Source: an uncultured Chloroflexia bacterium (GTDB taxonomy: Bacteria; Chloroflexota; Limnocylindria; Limnocylindrales; CSP1-4). From it: DNA of 64,000 bases. Of this stretch, positions 1 through 12,126 are shown piece after piece. The stretch lies in NCBI GenBank assembly GCA_963767945.1, contig CAVYGH010000005.1:67790-131789 (forward strand), written 5' to 3'. The position numbers were made by a program, and so were the translations under genes. Within the stretch, counting starts at the first letter, position 1. Every line of letters begins with the position of its first letter. Under the pieces are notes generated by a model. That model saw only the letters and a program-made list of their open reading frames with translations. It had not been told where the DNA came from and did no database searches.

Positions 1-2756
<2,756 letters not shown>

Positions 2757-3006
2757 GTCGTTCCGTCTCCTCCGCTCCCGCGCCCTTCGCGGGTTCTCGC
2801 TGGGCTCCGGCGGGCTCCCGACTCGCGGTCACGGGATGGGGTGACGCGTAGCTGCGAGTCCGTCCGCCGGGCCGTCTCCTCGCCGGCTTGCCCTGGCGTC
2901 CTTCGTGGCGGCTGATGAGCCGATCGGGAGGACGTTTCGCGGGCCGTCCGACGCTGGGGCGACCCTCAAACAGTACGACGCTGAGATGCACCGGTCAAGC
3001 CCAAAA

Positions 3007-3055
3007 CCACAAGATGTTGTGGTCCGATGATCGATCGCATCGCAACATGTTGTGA
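3007..3055. promoter_or_regulatory. Two NrdR-box-like 16-bp palindromes: CCACAAGATGTTGTGG (3007..3022) and TCGCAACATGTTGTGA (3040..3055), centres 33 bp apart
   Basis: Both fit the NrdR operator pattern acaCwAtaTaTwGtgt and its usual tandem arrangement. They lie on the upstream side of nrdJ in a locally AT-richer patch. Confidence 0.65.
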
Positions 3056-3267
3056 CGGCGGGTCCGGCGCTCCGTCCCCGCTCGGTCCACGCTCGGCCGG
3101 CCGTCGTCCACGCTCGCCGGCCGGTCATCCACAGGCGTCCGGCGGGTTGTCCACGGCCACCGCGGCGGTTGTCCACCGAACGCATGTTCTATTGTGCACG
3201 CGTCCGTCGGCGTAGGTCGCGTAGAGTCCGAGTGCGATTGAGCGGGCCCGTCGAGGCTCTCGGTCCG

Positions 3268-4069
3268 ATGGACGACGCGAGCGACTCGGGCGGTCGATCC
3301 GCGGTCGTGCGGATCCGGACGGCGGACCCTGCGACCAGGCTCGACCTCTTGCGCGAGCGCTCGTCGCGGATGCTCGTCCGCAGCACGACGATCTCGCGCG
3401 ACTCGAGCGCCGGCGCGGATCTGGGCGAGCGTCACGCGTCGAGCACGCTGCGACGCGCGTGTTCGCGGACGTGCCTCGGCATCTCGGCGCGCAACGGCTC
3501 GCAGGACCTGCGTGGCGACGGCGCCGGAGCTCGATCGCCTGCTCGGCGGCCGGCACTCGGCGATGCACGAGGCCGTCGCGCGGCTGTTCGAGGCGCTGCC
3601 CGACTGGGTCGACGGCGCCGGAGGTGTCGTTCGCGATCTACGGCGAGCGCGGCGTCGATCGACATCCTCGCCTGGCACGCCGCGAGCCGCAGCCTGCTGG
3701 TCATCGAGCTCAAGACGGAGCTCGTCGACGTCCAGGAGACCGTCGGGACGCTCGATCGGAAGCGGCGACTCGCCGCGCAGGTCGCCGCCGAGCGCGGCTG
3801 GAAGCCCGCCGACCGTCTCGTCGTGGCTGCTCGTCGCGGACAGCCGCGACGAACCGGCGTCGGGCCGAGGCGCACCGGGCGATGCTGCGCGCGGCGTACC
3901 CGGTCGATGGACGCGGGATCCTGCGGCTGGCTCCGAGGCGCCCAGCGGAGCGATCGCGGCGCTGTCGTTCCTGCCTTCCACGTCGCGGAGCGAGTGCCAA
4001 GCGGGAGTTCGCCCCGATCCGGCGCGTCAGGCGTCGCACGGCCGAGCGTGCGACCCGGCCGCTCGCTAG
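3268..4069 (+). pseudogene. Degenerate XRE-HTH / PD-(D/E)xK-like regulator gene, readable only by hopping through all three frames
   Basis: Protein-like segments occur in successive frames. ELDRLLGGRHSAMHEAVARLFEALPDW (frame of ORF 3512); EVSFAIYGERG (ORF 3459); SIDILAWHAASRSLLVIELKTELVDVQETVGTLDRKRRLAAQVAAERGWKP (ORF 3052); then VSSWLLVADSR, TNRRRAEAHRAMLRAAYPVDGRGILR, WLRG and AIAALSFLP. There is a D...ELK nuclease-like motif. Boundaries are approximate. Confidence 0.5.
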
Positions 4070-4535
4070 TGTCCGGCCATCGCACGTCACGGGCCGACTG
4101 CGTTCGCCGCCGAGTTCGACGGTCGCCTCACTGGATCGTCCCAGTCCTCACGCTCGCGCGTGCCCGGCTCGATGGTGCTCGTCGTCGTATCCAGGCGACG
4201 ACCGGCTTCTGGGTTCCCGTCGTCCGGCGCCGGATGGCTCGTTCGGGATCCGCGGTCCGCAGCGCAGGCCGAGCGCGGGAGTCGCACGCCGTGGCCTGGC
4301 GCGACATGACAGGGCCGTGCGGCCAGCGCAGTCCGGCCCGCCGGGCGATCGGCGCACGCGTGCGTGCCCACGGCGCACCTGGCCGGGACGACGGCCATCC
4401 GACGGGCGCGCGTCGGACTCGTCCGCCGCACTGCCGGACGCGCGATCGAGGGGACGGCTGTGCCGCACGCCCTGCGGCCTGCACGTCGCGGTCGCCGCAC
4501 CGAGGCGGTGGTCTCGGCCTGAAGCGCGGTCGACG

Positions 4536-6018
4536 CTACGGCAGCTCGACGAGCTTCGTGCCCTGGGCGAGCGACGTGGCCGCCGTCTTGAAGGCGTTCG
4601 AGAGGTCGGCGGAGGCGCCGGCGGTCTTCGGAACGCAGAAGTAGTGGTCGTTGTCGGTGTTCTCGGTGGTGGGGCAGCCGGCCTCGGCGACCGAGGTGGT
4701 CGCCATGCTCGCGAGGAGCGCCGAGGCCATCTTCCCCTTCCACGCGCCCGAGGTGTCCGGGCACGCGATGTCGTTCGAGCCGTCGAGCCCGAAGCCCACC
4801 GTGAAGATCTCGATCCCCTGGGCCTTGGCGGCCGTCGCGGCGGTGGCGGACTGGAGGCAGTAGTTCGAGGTCGCGACGGTGGACGCGTTCGGCTGGCCGT
4901 CGGACATCAGGATGATTCCCTTGTTCACGCCGGCGCGGCCGTTGTGGGTGAGCTCGTACACGCGCCATCGGGATCGGGTCCGTCAGGTCGGTGCCGGTGC
5001 TCGAGTTGGTGAAGCAGGCGATGGCGCGGGCCATCGGCGACGTCGCGGCCGAGTAGTCGGCGGCGAACGAGGCGCCCGCCCCGGACAGGCCGACCGGCAC
5101 CCAGCGGCGGAGGTCGGTCGGTGCGCCCGCGGACCCGATGGACGAGGCCGGGGTCGTGGAGCACGAGCCGGCGCTCACGTTGCTGGGCCCGAGCATCCCG
5201 AACGACAGCCACTGCGCCGCCGGGTTGTAGAGCTTGCGGACCGAGTCCGCGGCGTTGCGCGCGTTGGTCGTGTCGACGCCGTTCATCGAGCTGGTCCGGT
5301 CGACGACCAGGGCGACGTCGACCAGGGCGACCGGCTCGGAGCCGCAGGGTCCCTTGCAGGCGGCCGAGATGACCGTCTGGGTGTCGCCGTCGTTGACGCC
5401 GACCGCGCCGCCGAACCGGAACGGCACGCTCACCGAGCCGGTCATGACCAGCGTGTTGCAGGTGTCGCCCTCGGCCGGGTCGCAGGGCGCGGCGCAGATC
5501 CCGCGGGCGCAGCGCCAGGCGGAGGCAGCCACGACCCCGGGGTTGCACGTCATCGGGATGTCGGTCATGTCCGGCAGGTTGTCGTGGTTCCGGTCGCCGA
5601 TGAGGCAGCGGAAGCTCGTGCTGACGCGGCCCGACGGGATCGAGCCCGGGTAGTTGCTGTCGGCGTACTGCATCGCGGTCAGCCGGGCGGCGTTGCCGTC
5701 GGCCGGGAGCGCGGAGGCGCCGGCGAGCGCGCCGCTGTCGAGCGCGTTCCACAGGTTCTGGTTCGCGTTCCGGAGCACGCCCAGGTCGACGACGATCGCC
5801 GCGAACCCGAGCAGCACCACGATGAAGAACGTGAACAGGACGATGACCTGGCCGCGCTCGCCGTCGCGGCGGGCGGGCGGTGCCGCCGGCTTGGACCGGA
5901 GCAGCGCCAGGACGCTGCGGCGCATGACCGTGCGCTCGGGGCTGGTGAACGTGCGCCGGAGCGCGGAGCGGCTGGGGCCCACGAAGGTGCGGCCAGCACG
6001 CGATCGGATGCGGAACAT
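4536..6018 (-). CDS. TadG-like pilus-assembly protein (TadE/G-like N-terminal helix plus von Willebrand A domain); frame broken near 4960
   Basis: ORF 4087..6156 read from MFRIRSRAG (6018) contains GQVIVLFTFFIVVLLGFAAIVVDLG and a MIDAS-like VVDRTSSMNG. It continues in ORF 4536..4961 (GIILMSDGQPN, IEIFTVGFG). The start is 6 nt after the tadE-like stop. Confidence 0.8.
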
Positions 6019-6023
6019 CGGCG

Positions 6024-6542
6024 TCACTCGATCCGCATCCGGACGGTGGACGCCATCGGGATCCGGTTGCCGAAGGCCAGCGGCCAGATCATGTGGTAGA
6101 CGTAGTCGACCTCCACGACCACCGCGTCGCCCGGCGCCCAGGGGGTTCCGGTGCACGCGTGCCAGGTCGTCGCCGGCGCGGGATCCGGTCGCTGACAGGT
6201 GGTCGAGACCGACATGTCGGCATCGTTCAGGCCCGACGCCATCGCGCGGACCCGGGCCTCGACGGCAGCCGGGTCGCCCGGCGCGGTGACGCTCAGTCGA
6301 GCGCCCTCGCGGGCGGCGTTGATGACCGTGATGTTCGAGTACAGCCCGATGCCGAAGTCGACCATGCCCGCGACGAGCAGCAGGAACAGCGGCACCACCA
6401 GCGTGAACTCGACCAGTGACTGGCCGCGCCGACCGCGGCCGGCGCGCCCGACACGGGCCAGGCCCGAGCGAACGTCGTCGTCCCCCATGCCCACGCCGAG
6501 CCTGCGGCGGCGGGCGATTCCCCGAGACCCCATCTTGCTCAT
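6024..6542 (-). CDS. TadE-like pilus-assembly protein
   Basis: ORF 6024..6542 contains the TadE/G-like N-terminal segment GQSLVEFTLVVPLFLLLVAGMVDFG. The true start may be the internal MGDDD at 6488. Confidence 0.8.
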   Translation of the reverse strand: MSKMGSRGIARRRRLGVGMGDDDVRSGLARVGRAGRGRRGQSLVEFTLVVPLFLLLVAGMVDFGIGLYSNITVINAAREGARLSVTAPGDPAAVEARVRAMASGLNDADMSVSTTCQRPDPAPATTWHACTGTPWAPGDAVVVEVDYVYHMIWPLAFGNRIPMASTVRMRIE

Positions 6543-6898
6543 CCCTCGGAACGTCGGCCCAGGTGCCCCCGGTGGCTCACCCCGTTGCCGGTCTCGGCAT
6601 CCTTCGGGTCCGAGGTCACACGGGCCAATGGGACTTCCGTCCTATGCCCTCGCGTGCCACGACGCACCGCTCGAGCCGCCGCCGCCCGGGTCCCATGACC
6701 GCCGATCGTGCGTGAACGGTGCCCGTCACCACCGGGACCGCCGACCGCCGAAGGTACGGGGGGTCGCCGACGGGTCGACGACCTTGCGTAGGACCTTGCA
6801 CCCCATTTGGCATGTGTGGCCCGAGTGCAACGATCCTGCGATTCCGCGGGCCATCCGGGACGGCACGGACGGACCTCCGAAGGCGTTCCCATGGCGCC

Positions 6899-7973
6899 AT
6901 GCCCGACCTTCCGAAGCTGCCCAAGCTGCCCGACTCGCCCGCCATCGACTTCGGCGAGCGACTGCTCACGCAGACGATGGACGACGAGGTGTTCGACCGC
7001 GCCGCGGGCCTCGCGTACCGGTTCCTGTTCGCGCTGTTCCCGTTCGCGATCTTCCTGGCAGCGCTGGCCGCCTACGTCGCCGGCTGGCTCGGCCTGGGCG
7101 ATCCGACCGACGGACATGATGGGTGCGGTCGGCGACAACCTGCCGCCCGACATCGCGGCCCAGCTGCCGCCGCAGTTCCAGGCGGTCCTCGGCGAGACGC
7201 GGCCCGGGCTGCTCACGATCGGCGCGCTGGGCGCGCTGTGGGCGGCGACCGGCGGCATCGGCGCGCTCCAGACGTCGCTCAACGCGGCCTACGACGTGCC
7301 CGAGACCCGCAACTTCTTCGCCAAGACCGGCGTGGCGGTCGGCCTCACGCTGCTCGGCAGCGCCGGGATCCTGGTCGCGTTCGTGACCATCGTCGGCGGC
7401 AGCCTCCTGACCCAGGAGGCCGTGCGGATCCTGGGGGTGCCGGCGAGCACCCTGGACACGATCGCGCTGCTCCGCTGGCCGCTGATGCTCGTGCTCGTCG
7501 CGCTCGCCGTCGCGGTCCTGCTGCGCTTCGCGCCGAACGTCGCGGTGCCGTTCCGATGGCCGATGGTGGGCGGCTGGTGTTCGCCGATCGGCTGGGTCGT
7601 GGCGACCGCGCTGTTCGCCGCTCTACGTGGCGAACTTCGCCAACTACTCGAACACGTACGGGGCGCTGGGCGGCGTCGTCGTGCTGATGCTGTGGTTCTA
7701 CCTGACCGCGGTGCTGCTCCTGCTCGCGGCCGAGCTCACCTCGCTGCTGGTCGAAGGAGCCACGCGCCCGAGCGGATCGCCGCCCGGCAAGCCGAGATCA
7801 AGGAGACCGACGCGGGCGAGGCGCCGTCCGAGCACCGAGACTCCGGCCGCGGCGTGGCCCCGGCACCGATCGCGCCCCGACCGGAGGTCGTGATGGTCGC
7901 GGCTGCCGCGCGCGCGAGCGGGAGCCGGCGCCGACGACGATGCTGGCGGTCCTGCTCGTGTGCGCGGGCGTGA
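6899..7973 (+). CDS. YihY/BrkB-family inner-membrane protein; at least 2-3 frame breaks (~7115, ~7620, ~7750); 3' boundary uncertain (7893..8029)
   Basis: N-term MPDLPKLP...FDRAAGLAYRFLFALFPFAIFL is in the ORF 6719 frame. The middle part GLLTIGALGALWAATGGIGALQTSLNAAYDV... is in ORF 6807. The segment ANFANYSNTYGALGGVVVLMLWFYLTAVLLLLAAEL is in ORF 7627. Confidence 0.75.
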
Positions 7974-8057
7974 TCGCGGGTGCGCTGGCCGGGCTGGTGA
8001 CCCGGGACGGGCGCGAAGGGGCGCGCTGACCGCCGACGCGGCGGCCCGGCTGAGCGG

Positions 8058-8997
8058 CTAGAGGCCGCTGTACGCGTGCAGCCCGGAGAACCAGAGGCTG
8101 CCGGAGTAGGTGACCAGCACCATCCCGAAGCCGACGACCAGCAGCAGCGCGGCCGGCCGGCCGGCCCATCGACGCTGGTTGCGGGCGTGGAGGTAGATCG
8201 CGTAGGTGAGCCAGGTGACGAGCGCCGCGGTCTCCTTCGGGTCCCAGCCCCAGTAGCGCGACCAGGCGATCGAGGCCCACCAGGAGCCGAGGATGATCAT
8301 CGTCGCGAAGATCGGGAACGCGATGATCACCGAGCGATAGGCGACCTCGTCGAGCGTCTTGTGCCCCGGCAGCCAGGCGAACCGGTCCTCCTGCCCCTGG
8401 ACGAGGTAGCCGATCCCCGCCGCGAACGCGGTCGCGAAGATGCCGTACGAGATCACCGCCATGCCGACGTGGATCGTGAGCATCGCCGGGAACTGGAGGG
8501 CGGGGACGAGGGCCTCGATGTCGGACGGCAGCGAGGACGCGTAGAGCAGCAGCGCGAGCGATACGCCGACGGGGATGAAGCCGATCTGGCGGATCGGGTA
8601 GCGGCGCTGGAGGAACAGGTAGCCCGGCGAGGATCGAGGTGGCGAACGCGACCGAGAACTCGTACAGGTTCCCGTACGGCCCGCGCCCGACGACGATCCC
8701 GCGCAGGGTCAGCGAGGCGACGAGGAGCGCGAAGCCGCCGAACGCGAGGACGATCGCGGCTCGCGACAGCGGGGTGGGGGACGCGGCGAGATCGAGCGGT
8801 GCGTTGGCGGCGGCGGTCTGCTCGGTGACGAACGAGCCGGTGACGCCGGCCGTCGCGAAGGCCGGCTGGCGGGCGGGCGCGAAGGCCAGCACGCGGCGGC
8901 CGTTGGCGAGCAGGACCGCGTGGCCGACATGCGCGGCGAACCCGAGCGCGACGACGATCGCGCCGACGGCGAACAGGATGGTCGATGCCTGTGCCAT
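8058..8997 (-). CDS. ccsA: Cytochrome c assembly family protein (CcsA/ResC/HemX-like); frame broken near 8624
   Basis: ORF 8058..8483 carries the Trp-rich WASIAWSRYWGWDPKE motif. The N-terminal half (MAQASTILFAVG...NLYEFSVAFATSILAG) is in the ORF 7798..9135 frame, starting at ATG 8997. Confidence 0.8.
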
Positions 8998-9008
8998 GGC
9001 TCCTGGTC

Positions 9009-9479
9009 TCAGGCGACCGCCGCGCCTCCGGGCGGTGGCCCGGCGGGTCGAACGGTGATCGTTGGGGGTCGGACGACGACGGACAGCCCGCAGTTCCCGC
9101 AGGTGTCGACCTCGGCGGGTCGGACGAGATCGCACCTGGGACAGCGGACGAGCAGTGGCTCGCCGGACTCGGACCGGGTGGCGCCGGGCGGGTAGATCCT
9201 CGCCTCGGTCACCGAGTACGGCTCGCCGGAGGGAAAGACCGGCTGGCCATCCTCGCCACGCGGCGCCGAGCGGATCGGGTCGACGTAGGCGACCTTCGTC
9301 CGCGGCTTCCGGATGAAGTAGACGATCCAGAACAGGACGACCAGCGACAGCAGCGGCCCGACGACGAAGACGACGAGGTAGATCGGCAGGAGATTGACGT
9401 GGCTGCCCCAGTCGGGAACGACGATCCCGTTGAGGAACTCGAGGACCCCCGTCCAGGTCTCGTTCAGCTGCTCGATCAC
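9009..9479 (-). CDS. Hypothetical membrane protein with a C-terminal CxxC...CxxC zinc-ribbon
   Basis: Intact ORF. It has one strong TM helix (LLPIYLVVFVVGPLLSLVVLFWIVYFI) and a CPRCD...CGNCG motif. It ends 11 nt before the ccsA-like start. Confidence 0.7.
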   Translation of the reverse strand: MIEQLNETWTGVLEFLNGIVVPDWGSHVNLLPIYLVVFVVGPLLSLVVLFWIVYFIRKPRTKVAYVDPIRSAPRGEDGQPVFPSGEPYSVTEARIYPPGATRSESGEPLLVRCPRCDLVRPAEVDTCGNCGLSVVVRPPTITVRPAGPPPGGAAVA

Positions 9480-9557
9480 GGCCGGAATCCTAGCAGTCCG
9501 CTCCGATCAGTCGCGTGACCTGGCGCCGGGCCGCCCCGTCGCGGTCGGGGGTGACCG

Positions 9558-10199
9558 TCAGTGGCGCGGGTGGCGCTTGTGGCGCGCGACCTTGCGTGCC
9601 GGGCCGGTCTTCGTGGTCGCGCCGCGGCCGGGCTTCCAGCCGGGCCGCTCGGCGGCATCGTCGGCGTCCTTCGGTGCCGCGCCCGAGCCGATCGACGGCG
9701 GGCGGCGATTGCCGGGCGCGGCGGCGGAGATGGTCGGCAGGTCGAGGCGTCCCAGCAGCCACTGCACCGGCGCCGTCCGGGCGCCCTTCGCGTCGAGCCG
9801 GCCGCGGAGGTCGCGATCGTTCGTCACGGCGAGGACGTGCTCGGCCCCGGTCCGGCCGGGCTCCATCGCCGCCTCGGACGCGAGATCGAGGATCACGTCG
9901 TCGGCCGAGCGCTTGCCCGAGTACCGGACGGTCATGCCCTGGGCGACTCGGCCGAAGACGCCGTGCCCCATCCCGTCGAACACGAGGTCGATCGTCACCG
10001 TGCCCGGGACCGCCGCCCGCAGCCGGCCGATCAGCGCCGCCGGCGGCGCCACCCCGCGGCCGCCCATGCGGTAGAGCAGGTTCGTCCCGTCCACCAGCAG
10101 CCGCGTCGTCCCGTCGAGCGGGGAGCGCTTGCGGGTGGACGACCGGACGGCGAGCCGGATCCGGACGGCGGGGTTGCGGGCATGGCCAGACGGTAGCAT
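9558..10199 (-). CDS. NYN/PIN-like (YacP-type) predicted RNA-binding nuclease domain protein with a basic C-terminal tail
   Basis: These are the last 213 codons of ORF 9558..11807, from MLPSGH. Motifs: LLVDGTNLLY, VTIDLVFDG and VLAVTNDRDLR. The Lys/Arg-rich tail ends KVARHKRHPRH. Confidence 0.65.
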   Translation of the reverse strand: MLPSGHARNPAVRIRLAVRSSTRKRSPLDGTTRLLVDGTNLLYRMGGRGVAPPAALIGRLRAAVPGTVTIDLVFDGMGHGVFGRVAQGMTVRYSGKRSADDVILDLASEAAMEPGRTGAEHVLAVTNDRDLRGRLDAKGARTAPVQWLLGRLDLPTISAAAPGNRRPPSIGSGAAPKDADDAAERPGWKPGRGATTKTGPARKVARHKRHPRH

Positions 10200-10205
10200 C
10201 GCGCC

Positions 10206-11049
10206 GTGCTCCTCCTCGTCGACCTCGATGGCGTCGTGTATCGCGCGTCCGAGGGCGTTCCCGGTGTCGGCGCCGCGCTGGCCGCTCGCGCGGCGCTCGG
10301 CGACGACGTCGTCTACGTCACCAACAACGCGATGCACTACCACGGCGACTACCTGCCGCGGCTCGAGGGCCACGGCGCGCCTGTGGGCCGCGATCGCGTC
10401 GTCACGTCCGCGCGCGCGAGCGCCATCTACGTGCGCGAGGAGATGCCGGAGGTCCGGCGGGTGCTGGCGGTCGGCGCGAGCGGCCTCGAGCGCGAGCTGC
10501 GCGAGGCGGGGCTCGACGTCGTCACCGCGGCCCACGCCGCGACCCGGATGAGCCAGGAGGGACTCGACGGTTGGGACGCGGCCGGGCACCCGGACGCGGT
10601 CGTGGTCGGGCTCGACCCCCAGCTGACGTACCTCCGGATCGCCGCGGCCGCCGACTGTGTCCGCGCCGGGTCGGTGCTCGTGGCCACGAACCGGGACCCG
10701 ATCTACCCGACCGAGCGCGGGTTCCGCCCGGGTGCCGGATCGGTCGTGGCCGCGATCGAGGTGGCGTCGCGGACGACGGCGAAGGTCACCATCGGCAAGC
10801 CGGAGCCGTTCCTGCTCGAGGCCGCGGCGAGGCTCGCCGGCCACGCGGACGGCGCGGTGATGATCGGCGACGCGCTGTCCGACGTCGCGGCGGGCCGCGC
10901 GTTCGGCGCCCGGACCGTGCTGATGCTGACCGGCGTCACGACCCGCGAGATGGTCGATGCGCTGCCGCCCGGAGAGCGCCCGACGCGCGTCGCCGAGGAT
11001 GGCGACGAGCTCGGCGCGCATCCTCGAGGAGCTCGCCGCCGCGCCATGA
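10206..11049 (+). CDS. HAD-superfamily subfamily IIA hydrolase (NagD-like phosphatase); C-terminal frame break near 11015
   Basis: HAD motifs are present: LVDLDGVVY, VTNN, IGKPEP and MIGDALSDVAAG. The natural end ...ARILEELAAAP-TGA is in the +1 frame. Its stop overlaps the next ATG (ATGA at 11046..11049). Confidence 0.85.
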
Positions 11050-11504
11050 GGCGCCTCGTCCTCGCGCTCGTCGCGATCGGCCTCGCGGGTTGCGCCGCGG
11101 TCCCGCTCGGCCCGACGACGGAGCTGAGCGAGACGACGCTCGACGACCTCGTGGCCCGGCAGCGCATCTGGGACACGAACGACGTCGACGACTACACCAT
11201 GCGGGTCAGCTTCCTGTGCGAATGCTCGAACGGCGGCACGTTCGACGTCGTCGTCGCCGACGGCGTCCCGGTTCGCGGCGTCGGTCCCCAGGGACCGCTC
11301 ACGGAGCTGGACCTGGCGGGCGACCTCTCCATCGATCGCTTGTACGAGCTCGCGGCGACCGACCTCAACGGCGGCGGGACGGTCAGCGCGTCGTGGGACG
11401 GCGGCGGGGTCCCGAGGCACCTGGTCCTCGACCCGATCCCCAACGCGATCGACGACGAGCTGGAGCTCACGGTCGACGCCTTCGAGCCCGCGCCGCGCCA
11501 ATAG
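11046..11504 (+). CDS. Lipoprotein, paralog 1 of 3 (DUF6174-like by memory)
   Basis: Signal peptide plus lipobox (LALVAIGLAGC). Shared core motif: W-x4-V-x2-Y-x-M-x-V-S-F-L-C-E-C...FDVVVADG. Confidence 0.75.
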   Translation: MRRLVLALVAIGLAGCAAVPLGPTTELSETTLDDLVARQRIWDTNDVDDYTMRVSFLCECSNGGTFDVVVADGVPVRGVGPQGPLTELDLAGDLSIDRLYELAATDLNGGGTVSASWDGGGVPRHLVLDPIPNAIDDELELTVDAFEPAPRQ

Positions 11505-11508
11505 ACGC

Positions 11509-12126
11509 GTGAAACCCGTGTGGGGGCTTGCGCGTCTCAGCCCCGTGCTGGAGCTCCGTCGCGCGATTCCGTTCCTGGCCATCCCCGTGCTGGCCTTCGC
11601 GCTCGCGATCCTTGTCTCGGGCTGCGGGATCGGCTCGAGCCCGACCGCCGCGCCCAGCAGCACGCCGACGATCGCGCCGAGCTCGACTCCGCCGACGCCG
11701 CCCAGCCCGACACCCGTCGCCGAGGTCACGAAGACACCGAAGCCGACCGACAAGCTCGATCGCATCGGCCACAACCGGGCCAAGTGGGCCGAGGCCGGCA
11801 TCGACACCTACCGGATCACGCTGCGCTACGGGTGCTTCTGCGAGTTCGGCGACGGCCGGCCCGTCGACGTTCGGGTCGTCGACGGCGAGGTCGTCGAGGT
11901 GGTCGCCGATGGCAAGCCGATCCGGAAGCGCCTGTGGCAGGGTTTCCCGATGACCGTCGAGGACCTGTTCGACAGGGCGGAGGCCGCCAAGGCGGACGCC
12001 GACGAGTTCGCCTTCGAGTTCGACCGAGACCTCGGCTACCCGTCGAAGATCAGCGTCGATCAGATTCGCAACGCCGACGACGACGAGTTCCAAGTCATCG
12101 TCGACGGGCTCACGCCCGCCTCGTGA
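11509..12126 (+). CDS. Lipoprotein, paralog 2 of 3, with a Pro/Thr/Ser-rich linker
   Basis: Lipobox LVSGC. PT-rich linker. Core: KWAEAGIDTYRITLRYGCFCEFGDGRPVDVRVVDGEVV. Confidence 0.75.
   Translation: MKPVWGLARLSPVLELRRAIPFLAIPVLAFALAILVSGCGIGSSPTAAPSSTPTIAPSSTPPTPPSPTPVAEVTKTPKPTDKLDRIGHNRAKWAEAGIDTYRITLRYGCFCEFGDGRPVDVRVVDGEVVEVVADGKPIRKRLWQGFPMTVEDLFDRAEAAKADADEFAFEFDRDLGYPSKISVDQIRNADDDEFQVIVDGLTPAS

Noticed and set aside
2757-3006. Cobalamin riboswitch in the nrdJ leader (GCCGCCACGAAGG...AAGCCGGCGAGGAGACGGCC vaguely recalls GCCACUG and the B12 box)
   Set aside because: The conserved core (GGUGnnAAnUCC, CCCGC, a contiguous B12 box) is missing. B12 riboswitches are expected on B12-independent RNR genes, not on nrdJ.
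3176-3200. Third NrdR box (GCATGTTCTATTGTGC)
   Set aside because: Only one half-site (ATTGTGC) fits the consensus. The other half matches at about 3 of 6 positions.
4090-4535. About 450 bp without a called gene between the convergent pseudogene and the tadG-like gene
   Set aside because: All six frames give Arg/Pro/Gly-rich non-protein-like translations. Only short GC palindromes are present (e.g. GCACGCGTGC near 4353), and I recognised no RNA motif. It is most likely non-coding or the remnant of a degraded gene.
9558-11807. 749-aa ORF on the minus strand
   Set aside because: Only the last 213 codons (NYN-domain protein) look coding. The upstream part is antisense to the HAD and lipoprotein genes.
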